A stretch of 64,000 bases of DNA from Azolla caroliniana. Taxonomy: Eukaryota; Plantae; Polypodiophyta. Below the pieces are notes generated by a model. It did no database searches and had not been told where the DNA came from. It saw only the letters and a list, made by a program, of their open reading frames with translations. A program made the position numbers and the translations under genes. The DNA is taken from NCBI GenBank assembly GCA_043228905.1, contig JBHGNT010000006.1, positions 13,578,001 through 13,642,000 of the forward strand, read 5' to 3'. This document shows positions 21,901 to 34,751 of the stretch, piece by piece (within the stretch, counting starts at the first letter, position 1; each line of letters opens with the position of its first letter).

Positions 21901-24513
21901 CGGATGAACCCTAGCTATGCGGCAAAAGTCAAAGAGGAAATTGACAAGTTGCTACGGGTCAGTTTTATCCGACCAGTGAAAAAAGCCACATGGTTAAGTC
22001 CCATAGTTGTTGTGCCGAAAAAGAACGGTAAAATCCGGGTGTGCGTTGATTACCGGAAACTCAATGCGGAGACAGTGACCGACACCTTTCCACTGCTGTT
22101 CACGGATGGAGTGTTGGACGCGGTAGTTGGTCATGAAGTGTATAGGTTCCTAGACGGTTTCAGCGGCTACAATCAAATAAGGATGCACCCTGACGACCAA
22201 GAAAAGACAACATTCGTCACCAAATGGGGAGTCTTTGTCATAGTGGTAATGATGTTCGGGCTCAAGACTGCGCCGTCGACCTTTCAACGAATAATCATGG
22301 AAATATTTGGCGAGTTCATTCCGGCATTCATGCAGGTATTCTTGGATGACTTCGCCGTGTATAGCTGATAAGGAGAACATCTCCAACACCTCCGGCTATG
22401 TCTTGAGAAATGCAGAAGTTATCAGCTAAGCCTGAATCCAGCGAAGTGTGTGTTCGGAGTAACAAGCGGTGCATTGGTGGGCCATCTTGTCAGCAAGGAC
22501 AGGATCGCGGTAGACCCCGATAAGGTGAAAGCAATCTTAGAAGCACTGGCACCATCGATGGCCAAAGCCTTGAGTCAGTTTCTAGGAAAAATCTGGTGGC
22601 ATAGCCAGACACTCCAGTATTTGGCCGATCTGGCCACACCATTGCATGTCGCGGTTCACCGGACACCGTTCCAATGGACAAATACGGAGGATGAGGCTTA
22701 TCGGGCATTGAAAGTACTGCTATCACAAGCACAGATAGTGCAACCACCGAATTGGTCAAAAGAATTCCACGTGTTTTTGGATGCGTCCGACATAGCAATC
22801 GGTAGCGCACTAATGCAACTGATTGAACCGAAATGGTACTGACCGGTCTATTATGCTAGCCGGAAGCTATCCCAGGCAGAACGGAATTATTCAACAACAG
22901 AAAGAGAAGCCTTAGGGATGATTTACAGTGTTACCAAGTTCAGGCACTATTTATTGGGAAGGAAATTTTCTTTACATGTCGACCACTCAACGTTGTTATA
23001 TTTGGTCTCAAAGGCATCACTCATCGACAAGCTAGCCCGATGGACATTTTTGCTACAAAAATTCGAGTTCGAGATATATCACCAGCAGGGAATACAACAT
23101 GTGGTTGCCGATTATCTGAGCCGGTTAGACTCCGATGAGACCGACGACGGAGTCCCGTATGAGTTTCTGGACGCTGAGTTGATTAAAGTAACAGCCGAAA
23201 CGGCAGCCGATAACACGGTAGTCGACGAAGACAAGTGTCTAACCAACATGCATCAATTCCTAAGCACGGGACTCCCACCGGAGGAGATGAACCGGAATGA
23301 ACGGAAGCGATTAGCGGTGCAAAGCCGAAATTTTTGTCTACTATAGGACACTTTGTACCACAAAGGCGCGGATGGCATATGGCGGCGAGCGGTGCAAAGC
23401 GACGAAAAGGACACAATATTACAGGGAGCGCACTGTGGCGTGGCCGGAGGGCACTATGTCGGGGACGCTATGGCAAGAAAGATATGGCACAGTGGGCTAT
23501 GGTGGCCAACGACACTGAAGGACTCGGTTCAGTATGCGAAAGTCTGTGATTTATGTCAACAGATGGGCCAACCAACAGAACAGGCAAGGATGCCTCACCA
23601 GCCGGTGCTACCCTTAGAACCATTTCAAAAATGGGGGCTGGATTTCGTTGGGCCGTTTAAACCGTCGGCAATGAGAACCGGCAATAGATGTGCCATAGTC
23701 GCCACCGATTATTGCACCAAGTGGGTAGAAACCAAGGCATTGCGGGACAACACTGTGGCTTCGATGGGAAAGTTCTTATAAGAGTACATATGGTGCCGGT
23801 ATGGATACCCAATTGAATTAATTAGCGACCAAGGTGAACATTTTCTTGGTCAAGTAGTGGAGAGCTTAACAACATTTTATGCCGTGGTACACAAGCGTAG
23901 TACCCCTTACTATCCATAGGCCAATGGACTGGCCGAATCCACGAACAAAACACTCCAAAACATCCTGCGAAAGATCGTCAATGAAAAACGGACCGATTGG
24001 GACACCAAGCTGCATAGCGCACTATGGGCATACTGGACGGCATACAAAACGAGTATCCGGTCAACACCATTCCAGTTAGCATTTGGGCTTGAAGCAGTAA
24101 TGCCGATTGAATTTCAGGTTCTGAGTTTGCGGATATAGGTTAGAGAACGACTAAGTGAAAAGGAATCGGAAAAGATCCAGTTAGCCGCATTATCCGAACT
24201 CGAGGAACATCGGATAGCAAGTCTCATGCAAATGGAACTGGAGCAACGACGAAGGAAGACGTTTGTCGATCGGCACCGAAAGGGCAATGAGAAGATGTTT
24301 GGGATCGACAAGCCAGTACTCGTGTTCCAGACCCGGATGGGTCAGATGCCAGGAAAGCTACAGTTTTGGTGGACCGGACCATATTGGATAACGCAGGAAT
24401 TCAATGGTTCATACCAGCTCGGAACGCTCGCCGGTGGGATAATGGGCAAATGGGTCAATGGGTTTCGACTCAAACCGTATTGTGGACCGATGCCACAAAA
24501 CCCGTTCGAGTAG
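18984..24513 (+). pseudogene. gag-pol: Degenerate gag-pol of Gypsy copy A
   Basis: IVDGGSGVN protease, FLDGFSGYNQI and FLDD (RT), FLDASD (RH), KWGLDFVGP and WTGPY (INT); many premature stops. Confidence 0.92.
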
Positions 24514-24861
24514 ACGGACGCTGGTCCAACAGGAGGAAGCATGAAAAAATAAACCGATAGGCAGGCAAAGCCGGCGTTATCGGATAACCACAAACAGGTG
24601 GCCGGCAAAAGGGAATACGGGAAAAAACCGGGATACGGACCTAGTGCTTCCGGTTAACTCAACTCAATTTTTCAGAAAAAAAGAAAAAAGAAAAGAAAAG
24701 AAAAAGAAAGTCATCATATAGAGGCGAGGAGCGAACGAGCACTTTGAAAAGGTGTGGTGGGTGGCTATTTAAAGCTTTTAAAGACAGGCGCACCACGTGT
24801 CAAACGACTGCTATATTAGTATAGGACGTGCATGCGCGGGAATCAAGAAAAGGCGCCATGC

Positions 24862-27823
24862 ATGGAGAAAGAAAACCCACGCCGCGCAGAGTCCCTTTCA
24901 TTTCGCAAACACAGAGATCGTAGTGTCCACAGGCGATTACGAGTGATCAGATGAGAGCACGCAGACGCACCCATCTTACCACACCCTACTGACTCCGAAG
25001 ACGACATGGAATGCATGGTACTCTCAGAAGTGGCTAAGAAATGGCTGAAGCAACATAATCTGGAGGGATTCTTGCGGATAGTCGAAGCACCGCCACATGG
25101 AGATGCGGAAAATGTCGTTAAAAACATCGACACGAAGGTCATCACCGAGGGAGCCAGCGGAGCCATGACCGACCTACCGGAAGGGGGAATCTACTCGATC
25201 GACAACCCTTTGCCGGAGCTGCTAACGAGATATTTTGGGGAATACTCCCTAGGCAGCAAGGCATACCACATGCAAGGCGGTGAAGATCTCTTGTTTCGGG
25301 AAATTGCTCGGGTACTCCACGAATATGGCCATGTGTACCCCAGACCACCGGCGATGCCTAGGAATAGAGCCGGTCTGATCATAGCCACCTATGAGGGAGT
25401 ACAGGTGGATTGGCCGGTAATGATTGCCGACGGCCTGAGCACTACCATCGCCTCGATAAAAGATGGAAAAAAGATGTGGACAACAGTGGCGCAATGGCTC
25501 ACTCTGTTAGCACCGCCGATGGAGCCCATGAAACAAAGGAAGAGGGGAAGATCCACAGAAGTTACCCCCAAAGCAGCTTCAAAACGACAACAACTCCTGG
25601 CTACCCAGGCGAAGTAACGGCCTAATCGGAAGCGGCTAGCAGAGAAGGAGGCATCGGTGGACACCTCGAGAAGACCATTGAAAATCAAGTTATGTCTGTC
25701 GGAACAACAAGCAGAGTAGCAACCAGAGAAAACGCAGGGGTAGGACCCCTTCGAGGCGGTAATCAACAACGAGACCCTGGAAGAAGAACAACAGGAAGAC
25801 GAGCTGACCGAGACACTGCTACGGCGTCACCTAACAAGAGAAAAGGGCCACGAAGGGGGAACATCAAGGCTAACGGAGGACAATAGACGGGAACCCTCCC
25901 CGGAGGAGCCGCAACCGAGGAAGGCGGCATAGTTGGGCATCGCGGAACTAGCGGTCCAGGACACGACAGTACCGGTCATTGAATTGCCGGCATCACCGCC
26001 GCAGCAGTAACAGCCAGACCGGGAGCGGATGTGTGACATAACCGACAATAGTGGGCTCGTGACCAGTGGAAACGCCATCCCATGACCAGAACTGGCATGA
26101 CCACAAGGCACCGACAGTCAATGGCTCCGATGGGTAGCAGAACAAGTGACTAGTGTTGTCGGCCAATTAGAAGCAGAAGAAAAAGCGCAGGAAGCCCGGT
26201 TACTAGCCACAACTCAGGATTTAGAGATGGCCTGGTCAAGAATCCGGACCATGGAAGAAGACATAGAGAAGGGCGAAACGGACATGGCCAAGTTGGTTAT
26301 AGAAGGACCACAATAATCAAAACCGGTGGCCCTGGTAGCTCGATAGAACGATCAAACCTCGGTGACGGCAACGGGCCCATGTACTCATGAATCGTCCGCA
26401 CAGGAGCTCGCCACACTAAGGGAAGACCTGGCAACACAAGAAGCCTCACGTACCATGGAACGAGAATTGAAAAACGCGGCGGAGGAGGAAGAAAGGAGAA
26501 CGGCCGACAGCCTCCGCTGAACAAAGGAAAGCTTGAGAAGAAGGCATCAAGCGTATGATCAGCTGAAACAAGAAAAAGACAAACTCCTGCAAGAAAAAGA
26601 GAAACTCCGGAGGATGGCGGAAGTAAAAAATTGAGCACCTCAAAGAAGAGCTCCGGCAACAAAAAGACTGTGAGGACCGCACTCTTCGGCTTATAAATCA
26701 AAAGCTCAAATAGAAAACCAACGACTTCGACCGACTGCACTGGGATTATAAGCATTTGGATGCCAATCATAAGAAATTGACGACCGAAAGTGACCGGCAG
26801 CAGGAAAAGTGCAAAGAACTCCGGGAGGAAGTTAACCGGTTGACGACGGTAGTGATGGAAGAGCCATTGAAGGGAGCCGAACAAGCAAAACAACTGGCGG
26901 CAGCAACGAAAGAGCGACTGCAAGTGTAGCACCAAGCGGAAATGGAGCGCACTACAATGGCTCTGAACAGAGTTCAGATGACATATCAGACCCAACTCAT
27001 GCACTATAGAAGCCAAGAAGTGGCAACCGCAAGCTTGATCAAACAATTGAAGGACGAAAAACAGGCCGCGGAAAACAAGTCGAAGATGGAGTTGGAGCAG
27101 ATCCGGGACATCGTACTGGAATGGAGGAATCGAATGAAGCAATTGGTGGAAGAAAGCTCAGTACAATGGTGGTCGAAATGGGCTAAGCAGCACGTAGCCG
27201 ACCTATAGTTGTTGCAGGCAGATGCAGAAAACTGGCGGAAGGAAGGCGACGAAGTTTACATCCTGGATAGAGAAAGCATTGAAACAATAAAGGATGAATT
27301 GTCAGATGATTTCCTATCCTTGGCTGATGAGCAGAGGGTGGCGGTACGCCAGCTGGTGGCACAACTGGATGATGACCAATTGGACAACCAACTCTACTTC
27401 GAGAAGTACATACGGGAACGACGACGGCAAGAAATGGCCAAGAAAACTGCGGCGATTAGCATAAGTGACGAGGAGCCCTCTTCAGAGCAAACGCCGATTG
27501 ACGCCGGGGGAAGCCAACCAGATAGTAGTCAAGAGGAGCCGCTAGAGGAAGGTCGTCATTAGGCACTAGGGCACGTCGGACAACAGAACTAGAAGACGCC
27601 AAGGCTGGTTGAGCCGGAAAAGGAGGAAGAGCCGGTCAGACTGAAGGAGCCGCAGGCGACGGATGTCAACTAGCAGCAGCCACAGTAGGAGCCGGAGCAA
27701 CAAGACGAGTCGCCGCAGGAACAATAGGAGGGGGAACAACATCAGCAGATGACAGAATAGCTTCCTGAGGAACCATTGGAACCCTTAGATCAAAGTATTC
27801 TAGACATTTTGGAGGATGAATGA
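24862..27823 (+). pseudogene. Extra ORF3 (about 990 codons): globular N-domain plus long coiled coil
   Basis: Homologous ORF in copy B; shared RAGLIIATYEGV.VDWPV.IADGL, SSVQWW.KWA and terminal QSILDIL..E*. Confidence 0.8.
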
Positions 27824-27857
27824 AGGCCGGATAGTGGGATTCGACGTACAAGGTACT

Positions 27858-27874
27858 GTCCCACGGGCGTGCCA
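27858..27874 (-). promoter_or_regulatory. Antisense PBS-like site TGGCACGCCCGTGGGAC in place of a PPT
   Basis: 2 nt from the 3' LTR; the first 11 nt are identical in copy B (31559-31569); no purine tract present. Confidence 0.6.
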
Positions 27875-27876
27875 TG

Positions 27877-28337
27877 TGTTAGCCGGCCGACAAGGGAAGT
27901 CCAGAATGGGAAATGAGGGGATAATTAATAACCAAGAGCTGATTATATATTTATATAGAATTATTATGATTTGAGAAGCGAATGCACGGACACAGAATCG
28001 GTATGCCGATCCGGATCCGGACCGGTTCGTAGCCGGTTGCCGGTTGGCACCGGTTTGTACCTAAAGCCAGAGACCTATAAAAAGGGTCGGCTAGATTGTA
28101 ATCATTAGCGGATAATTAATAGAGTGTTGTTGTTCTGTATCTTAATCATTGTTAATTACCGTTCTATGGTAAGTGTGATTTATCCTATGCGTGTATGTGA
28201 CTAATGATATTGCCGCTAGTAACCCATTAAGGTTCCATTAATAGTTGGTCTAACTCTATCTCACCGCAACACCCCTTTGGTGAAGTGTTTCAAAGGGACA
28301 CCTTGTGTTAGGCCATTGTCCGGCCCTAGCAATAACA
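27877..28337 (+). repeat. 3' LTR of Gypsy copy A (461 bp)
   Basis: Matches 18072-18112 plus 18509-18928. Confidence 0.93.
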
Positions 28338-28342
28338 GAGAT

Positions 28343-31097
28343 TTCCCTAGTACATGGCAAGAAATGAGCCATCTTCGTATATCGATCTACTACTATTCGA
28401 ATCGCATTGAACCCCTTAGAGACTGGAAGATCTGTGAAGAAATCTAGAGCAATGGATTGCCACGACTTGCTTGGAATTGGTAATGGTTCTAATAAACCAT
28501 ATGAATGATGCCTTGACATTTTCGTTCTACAACATGTATCACAAGTCCGAACAAAATCTTTGACAAATTGTCGCATACGGGGCCACCAGAATGATCGTTG
28601 TACTAAAACTAATGTTTTAGTACCACCAAAATGCCCAGCTGTATATGTGTCATGATAGTTTTGGACTACTCGAAGGCGGCAAGAACCATTAGGGACATAC
28701 AAGAGTTTTTTAAAGAATAGTAACCCATCATGGTAGTTGAATTGCCGATAGTCCGTACCTGGTTGTTGCAACTGTGAACAAGATACTCGAGAGGGATCAA
28801 TTTGTGCTAGAATGGCTTGGGCGAAAGCATCTGTGTTCAAGTCCTCATGTATGGTATCGATAACGTGGGAATCCATGGGCATGCCAAAGACCTGTGTTGC
28901 TTGCAGTCATGCCGGTCCCAAGATTACTTGCTTTTGGTTATTGAAAGTTGGCTCGCCGGGATGCGGTGCTAGATACGAACGCCGTGATAATGCATCTGCC
29001 TTCCCTTAGTGCTTTCCCGGACGATATGTAATTTTGAAGTCAAAACACGTGAGGAATTGTGCCCACCGAGCTTGACGTCGATTTAACACATGAGCGTCCT
29101 GAAAGTAGGCAATGATTTTGTGGTAACTGAATACAGTGACTTGATGATAGGATCCCTCTAGAAAATGCCTCCATTACGTAAAAGAGACCACTATAGCCAA
29201 TAGCTCCTTATCATGAATTTCGTAGTTGATTTCGGTGGTGTCAAACTTGCGCGAGTGGAAAGCCACAGGATGTAGCTTTTCATCATTACCTCGTTGTGAC
29301 AGAATGCTACCCAATGTGTCTGCTTCAATGATGAATGGTTTTTCTGGATCAACGTGAGCAAGAATTGGAGCTGATGTAAATGATTTCTTAAGATTCTCAA
29401 AAGTCAAGTCCGCTTCTTTAGACCAAACGAACGATTGTCCCTTCTTAGTAAGTTGTGTAAGAGGCAAAACAAGCTCTGAGTAATCCTTTATAAACTTGTG
29501 GTAGAAATTGGCAAAGCTTAAAAAGCATTGCACATCTTGCAACGAATGCGGAGTTTGCTGCTCTACCACCATCTTGACCTTAGCGGGATCCACGGAGATG
29601 CTTTCTGCGGAGATGACATAGCCCAGAAATTCCACATGGTTGCACCCGAAACTACATTTTTCCAGCTTTGCATAAAGATCATGTTCTCGAAGTGGTTTTA
29701 GTACTAACAGTACATGAGAATCATGCTCTTCTTGGGTCTTCGAATAAACCAATAGATCATCCAAATAGATGATCAAACAAACATCCAAGAGATCTCGGAA
29801 TATATCATTTGCCATGTGCTGGAAGACTGTCGGCGCATTAGTGAGGCCGAACAACATGACCGTATACTCGAAGTGCCCATATTTGGTGCGAAACGCGATC
29901 TTCCATTCATCTCCTGGTCGGATCCATACGAGGTTATATGCTCCCCGTAAGTCGATCTTCGTGAAGAACCTTGCACCATTGATCCGTTCTAAAAGACTTG
30001 AGATAAGGGGAAGTGCATACCTATTTCTGATTGTAACCTTATTCAAGCCACGATAATCTACAACGAGACGAAGTGATCCATCCTTTTTCTTGACGAAGAA
30101 AATGGGTGCGCCGGCTGGAGATTTCAAATGCCGAATGAAACCATTTTCCAAATTCTCCTCTATATAGGCTCGAAGGACTTCCATCTTAGTTGGTGAAAAA
30201 TTGTAGATCGGTCCCCATGGTGGCTCTCTTCGCGGTTGTAAATCGATGGGGCAATCATACGGTCGATGGTGAGGAAGCGTATTGGCTTGTACTTTATCGA
30301 ACACATCGGCATAATGACGATACTTCTCTGGAAGTTGAACGATGGACTCCTCTTTAGTGGTGCTGGAGGGTTTTACTGATATTGCAAAGAGAAACATTTC
30401 TTCCTTGCGTCCTTCCTCACACAACTGATGTACCGATATGGTTGCAATGTCTCCTCGGGTTTGTCAACATCGGATTTCTCTTGTTCTCCAATCTATGTCT
30501 GGGTTATGTAATTCGAACCATGGTAATCCCAAAACAATGGGATGTTCTGGGATACTAATTATATTAAATGATACTACACACGCTAGGTTATCTAGGACAA
30601 TATTAACAGCCTCTAACTCTTCTATGATATCTCCGGAAGCGATGGGATGACCATCAATGACTACTACAGAGGCTAGACATGAGAGTTTTCTTAGGGATAT
30701 CTGATGACCTTGGGCAAAATTCCTATCCATGAAGCAAGAGTTGGTTCCGGAATCTAAGAGTGCTAAGACATGTACTGGAGGAGTACTTTTAGTACTAACC
30801 ATTACTTGAGCTAAGAACACATTGCTAACTTGCTTAGAGGAAATGGAACCACTAATGGGCTGCACAGATTTAGGGCTGTCCAACCAAATGACTCCTATTT
30901 TGGCTGGACTTAATCGTTTAACTCTTCTTCTAGTTGACTAAGGATTTCAAATTTGTTTGAAAGGCTTGGGCTATTAGGACTATTGGACACACCTAGAGAA
31001 ATAGACTCGGGTTTAGTGCTATTAGTACTACCGGTTATTTGATTTACCTGCCTTTTTGGCCGATGGAGATAGTTTAATGCAATATGCCCCGGGCCAC
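28343..31097 (-). pseudogene. pol: Tcn1-B gag C-terminus, frameshift site, PR, RT, RH and INT N-terminus
   Basis: LLDSGTN, YLDD and HDTYTAGHFG..CDTC; collinear with Tcn1-A pol. Confidence 0.92.
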
Positions 31098-31556
31098 TGT
31101 TAATCCTTAGGGCCGGACAACAGCCTAACACAGGGTGTCCACTTAAGACACTTCACCAAAGGGTGTTACGACGAGATAACTTACGACACAACGCTTAATT
31201 GGACCTTAATCGGTTACTTAGCAATACTTCATTAACATGCGTAAGATATACAATAAGCACAAAATGGTGAACAATAGTCAATGATTAATTAAAAGGTTTA
31301 TATTACTCTCCGTTGATGACTACATTGTAACCGGGCCTTTATATAGGTCACCGGTGCGAAGTACAAAACGGTGCCAACCGGCACCTATTCGGGATCGGTT
31401 CGGATCCGGATCGGCATACGGATTCCGGTCCGTCCGTCCACATCTTCTCATATATTAATATATTAAGACTAGTAATTACAACAGATTCCCAAATAACAAT
31501 TCCCCTTTTCACAGCCTGGTCTTAGCGTCCTTAGCTCCTTTGCCGGCCGGGTAACA
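31098..31556 (-). repeat. 3' LTR of Gypsy copy B (459 bp)
   Basis: Repeat of 39339-39797 with about 11 differences. Confidence 0.93.
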
Positions 31557-31608
31557 CATGGCACGCCCGACGGACATTACCTTGTACGTTGAATCCCACA
31601 CTGGCGCC

Positions 31609-34535
31609 TTACTCTTCGTCCAAGATATCCAGGATGCTTTGCTCCAGGGTCTCCAGTGGCTCGACGGGAATCTGTTGTTGCTGCTATGGTGGCTGCTACG
31701 ACTCCGGCTGTGACTCCGATTGTTGCTTTGGCACTGGCGTTTCCTTCGTTGTTTCCTCCGTCGGAGTTGTCTCTGGTTGACTTACCCTGGCCTGGTCCTT
31801 GTACCGGAGATGGTTCCTCATCATTGAGGTTGACCGTTGCCGCCTGCCTTGCTTTTTCTTCCCTAAACCGGGACCGCTCATAGCTCTCAAACTGGATTTG
31901 AGCATCCATCCGATTGTGGTCCAGTTGAGCAATGAGTTGCCGGACCTGCACCAATTGCTCATACGCCAGAGATGTGAAATCTTCTGCCAGCTCATCCTTT
32001 ATGGCGATCAAGTCCTCCGATGTGAGCATGTAACAGTCGTCACCTTCCTTCCGGCGGTTTTCCACGTCCGCCTTGAGTAACTGGAGTTCAGCCGTATTCT
32101 GCGCCCATTTCGTCCACCATTGCACGGAGCTCTCGTCAATCAAGCGTTCGGTCTTGTTTAGCCATGCCTGGAGCATGCACTGGATCCGTTCCATTCCCAT
32201 CTGTGATTTGTTCTCCGCGGCTTGTCGCTCCTCTTTCAATTGCTTGATGATTCTGACTGTGTCCGCCTCCTGCTCCCTATAATACAACAATTGACTTTGA
32301 TAGGTTGTTTGCAACTTCTGTAACACCATTGTCGCCCTCTCCTTTTCTTCATGGTGTTGCTTGTGGAGCTCCATCCGTTCCCTCGCCGCTTCCTCCAATA
32401 GCTTTGTATTCTCAGCCCGTTCGTCGGCGAGTGCCGTCGTGGCCCTATCAACTTCCTGTCGGAGCTCGGCCATCCTTTCTTTCTGTTGCTTATGCTCCAT
32501 GTCCAAGCTCTTAAAGTTCCGGTGCAGGTGGTCGAAGTCCTCTGTCTTCTGCTTCAGCCTCTGGTTGATTTGTCCGTGAGCGCGGTTTTCCCGGTCCTTT
32601 TGTTGACGGAGTTCTTCTTTCAGCCTTTCGATTTCCGTTTCCGCCATCCGTCGCAGCTTGTCCTTCTCCTGCAGCAATTTTTCTTTTTCCTCCTTTAGCC
32701 GGTCGTAAGCTTGATGCCCTTTCCGCAGATTTTCTTCTGTCTGGCGGAGGTTTTCAGCATTGTTCTTTAACTCCTCTTTTGCCGCTTTCTTCAAATCTCC
32801 TTCGCGGCTCCGTAGTGCTTCTTCTGCGGCAAGTTCGTCCCTTAATTCGGCAAGCTCTTGGGCTTGCGCCACATCTTTCTCCGGGACGGTTTCTGTCTTC
32901 GGGGTCTTATTCGTATGTACAGGCATGGTTTTTTCTTTATTGTGTACGTCCATCGGAGTCACCGGTGCTTGGAGCTGTGTTGCGGTTAAGGCCATTTTGG
33001 CCATGTCTTCTGTGACCTGATCCAAGTCTTGTTCAAGGCACCAGATCTTTGACCGGGATGTCTCTAGTTCATCGGTTGGGACTAGCCACCATTCCATCTA
33101 CGCTTGTTCTTCTGCCTCTACATACAGTATCACTTCGGCAACCTGCTCTCCTATCCACCGAAGCCATTGGCTGCCGGTGCCCTATTGTTGCATTTGCATG
33201 GAGGGTTGGCTGATGGGTTCACTTGCCAGTGGCCGGTCCCACCTAACTGCGTCGAGCTGCAATTCCGGCTTTGCCTGTTGACCACTTTGCCGTTCAGGTT
33301 CCGGTTGTGTTTCGGCTGGCCGCTCTTGTTTTGATTGTTCTTGGCCGGCTGAGGAAGGTGGCACATGCCTTATCGGCGCTTGCGTTTCGGGGCTTGCCGT
33401 TTCCTAACCCGCCAGTATTGCCTGTTGTGCAGGGGCTTCTGAGACCGGTTCCATCCGAACTGGTTCTGGTTCCTCCCTTGGCGTGGGATTCTCAGTGTGG
33501 GGTAAAGGCGTTCCATCCTTCTGTGGGTCCGAACGCTTCCCGGCTGATTCTGCGGTGCTCGTCATCGGCCGTTGTTGGAGGTGCTCTGTAGGTTCTTCCT
33601 CCGTTTCCTCCTCCTGAGTCCCGACATTCATTCTTGCCACTAGGGTGTCCGTTTCTTGCTGCACTGGTCGGCAGAGTGTGCTCTTCAGGGGCTGTGCCGG
33701 TGTCTCCTCCTGTGTGTCCGTTGGCTGCTTCCAAATGGCGTGCTCCTTCGCCGCTTGCTCTGTGTCGGCTGTCTTCCCCTTAGTGGTCTTGGTGGCCAAT
33801 AGCTGTTGTCGTTTTGAAGCAGCTTTCGGGGTGCCGTCCGTTACTCTTCCCCGCTTCTTGGTCTGAACGGGCTCGATAGGTGGCACCAATAGGGTGAGCC
33901 ATTGCGCCACCGCATGCCATATTTTCCGGCCTTCTTTGGCTTCCTTACCTCTTATAGTGTCAATAGCTGCACACAATCCGTCGGCGATCAACACCGGCCA
34001 ATCCACCTTGACCCCTTCGTATGTTGCGATGATCAAGCCTGCTCGGTTCACGTGGCCGAACTCATGGAGTACACGGGCAATTTCTCGAAATAACATATCT
34101 TCTCCGCCCTGTGTCCTGTAGCCCTTGCTGGCCAGAGAATACTCGCCGAAGTATTTGATGAGCCGTTCGGAGGTAGGGTTGTCAATAGTATAGATGCCCC
34201 CCTCCGGAAGGCATGTTAGTGCATGGATCGCTTCCTCTGCGATCAGCTCGGTGTCAATTTCGTTGATGATCTTGTCAGCTTCTCTATGTGGTGGTGCGTC
34301 CATGATTGTGAGGAACCCCTCCAATCTGTGTTGTTGTAGCCATTTCTTGGCAGCCTCAAAGAGAGTCTGGCAGTCTATGTCTGCGTCGAGGTCGAACAAC
34401 GTTGGTGAGGGTTGTGTGTGAGGAGGCTCTCTGTGCGTGGGCTCTCTTATGATGATCTTCAAGCGCCTATGTGCGTTTGTGCTCCTTGGTTCGTGAAAGA
34501 AGAGGTCTCGATGCGGGGGGGTTTTCTCTCTGCAT
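31609..34535 (-). pseudogene. Extra ORF3 of Gypsy copy B
   Basis: ORF-track pieces 33404-34462 and 31577-33097 align with ORF3 of copy A. Confidence 0.8.
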
Positions 34536-34751
34536 CTTGGCGCCTTTTTCGAGCCTACACGTGTGCAGGTCGTGTACTATAATAGCATTACGTGCCATGT
34601 GGTGGCGGTTTAATGCCTTATTCATAGCCCACAATGTACCTTTTGGAAGTGCCTGTTCACTCCTCTTTTGCATGTCTGTGCATACCTCGCCCTTGCATGA
34701 TTAACTGTGATTTTTTTTTTTTTTTTTTTTGACTAAAATAACGCTGTTGGG

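Larger units (their letters stand above)
18072..28337 (+). mobile_element. Non-chromovirus Ty3/Gypsy (Phygy/Athila-like) with extra 3' ORF, copy A
   Basis: LTRs at 18072-18928 (interrupted) and 27877-28337; TSD GAGAT (18067-18071, 28338-28342); gag-PR-RT-RH-INT order; no chromodomain and no additional RNase H. Confidence 0.93.

Noticed and set aside
31577-33097. Host SMC, myosin or tropomyosin-like coiled-coil gene
   Set aside because: It lies between pol and the 3' LTR in two related elements and has no ATPase or motor motifs.
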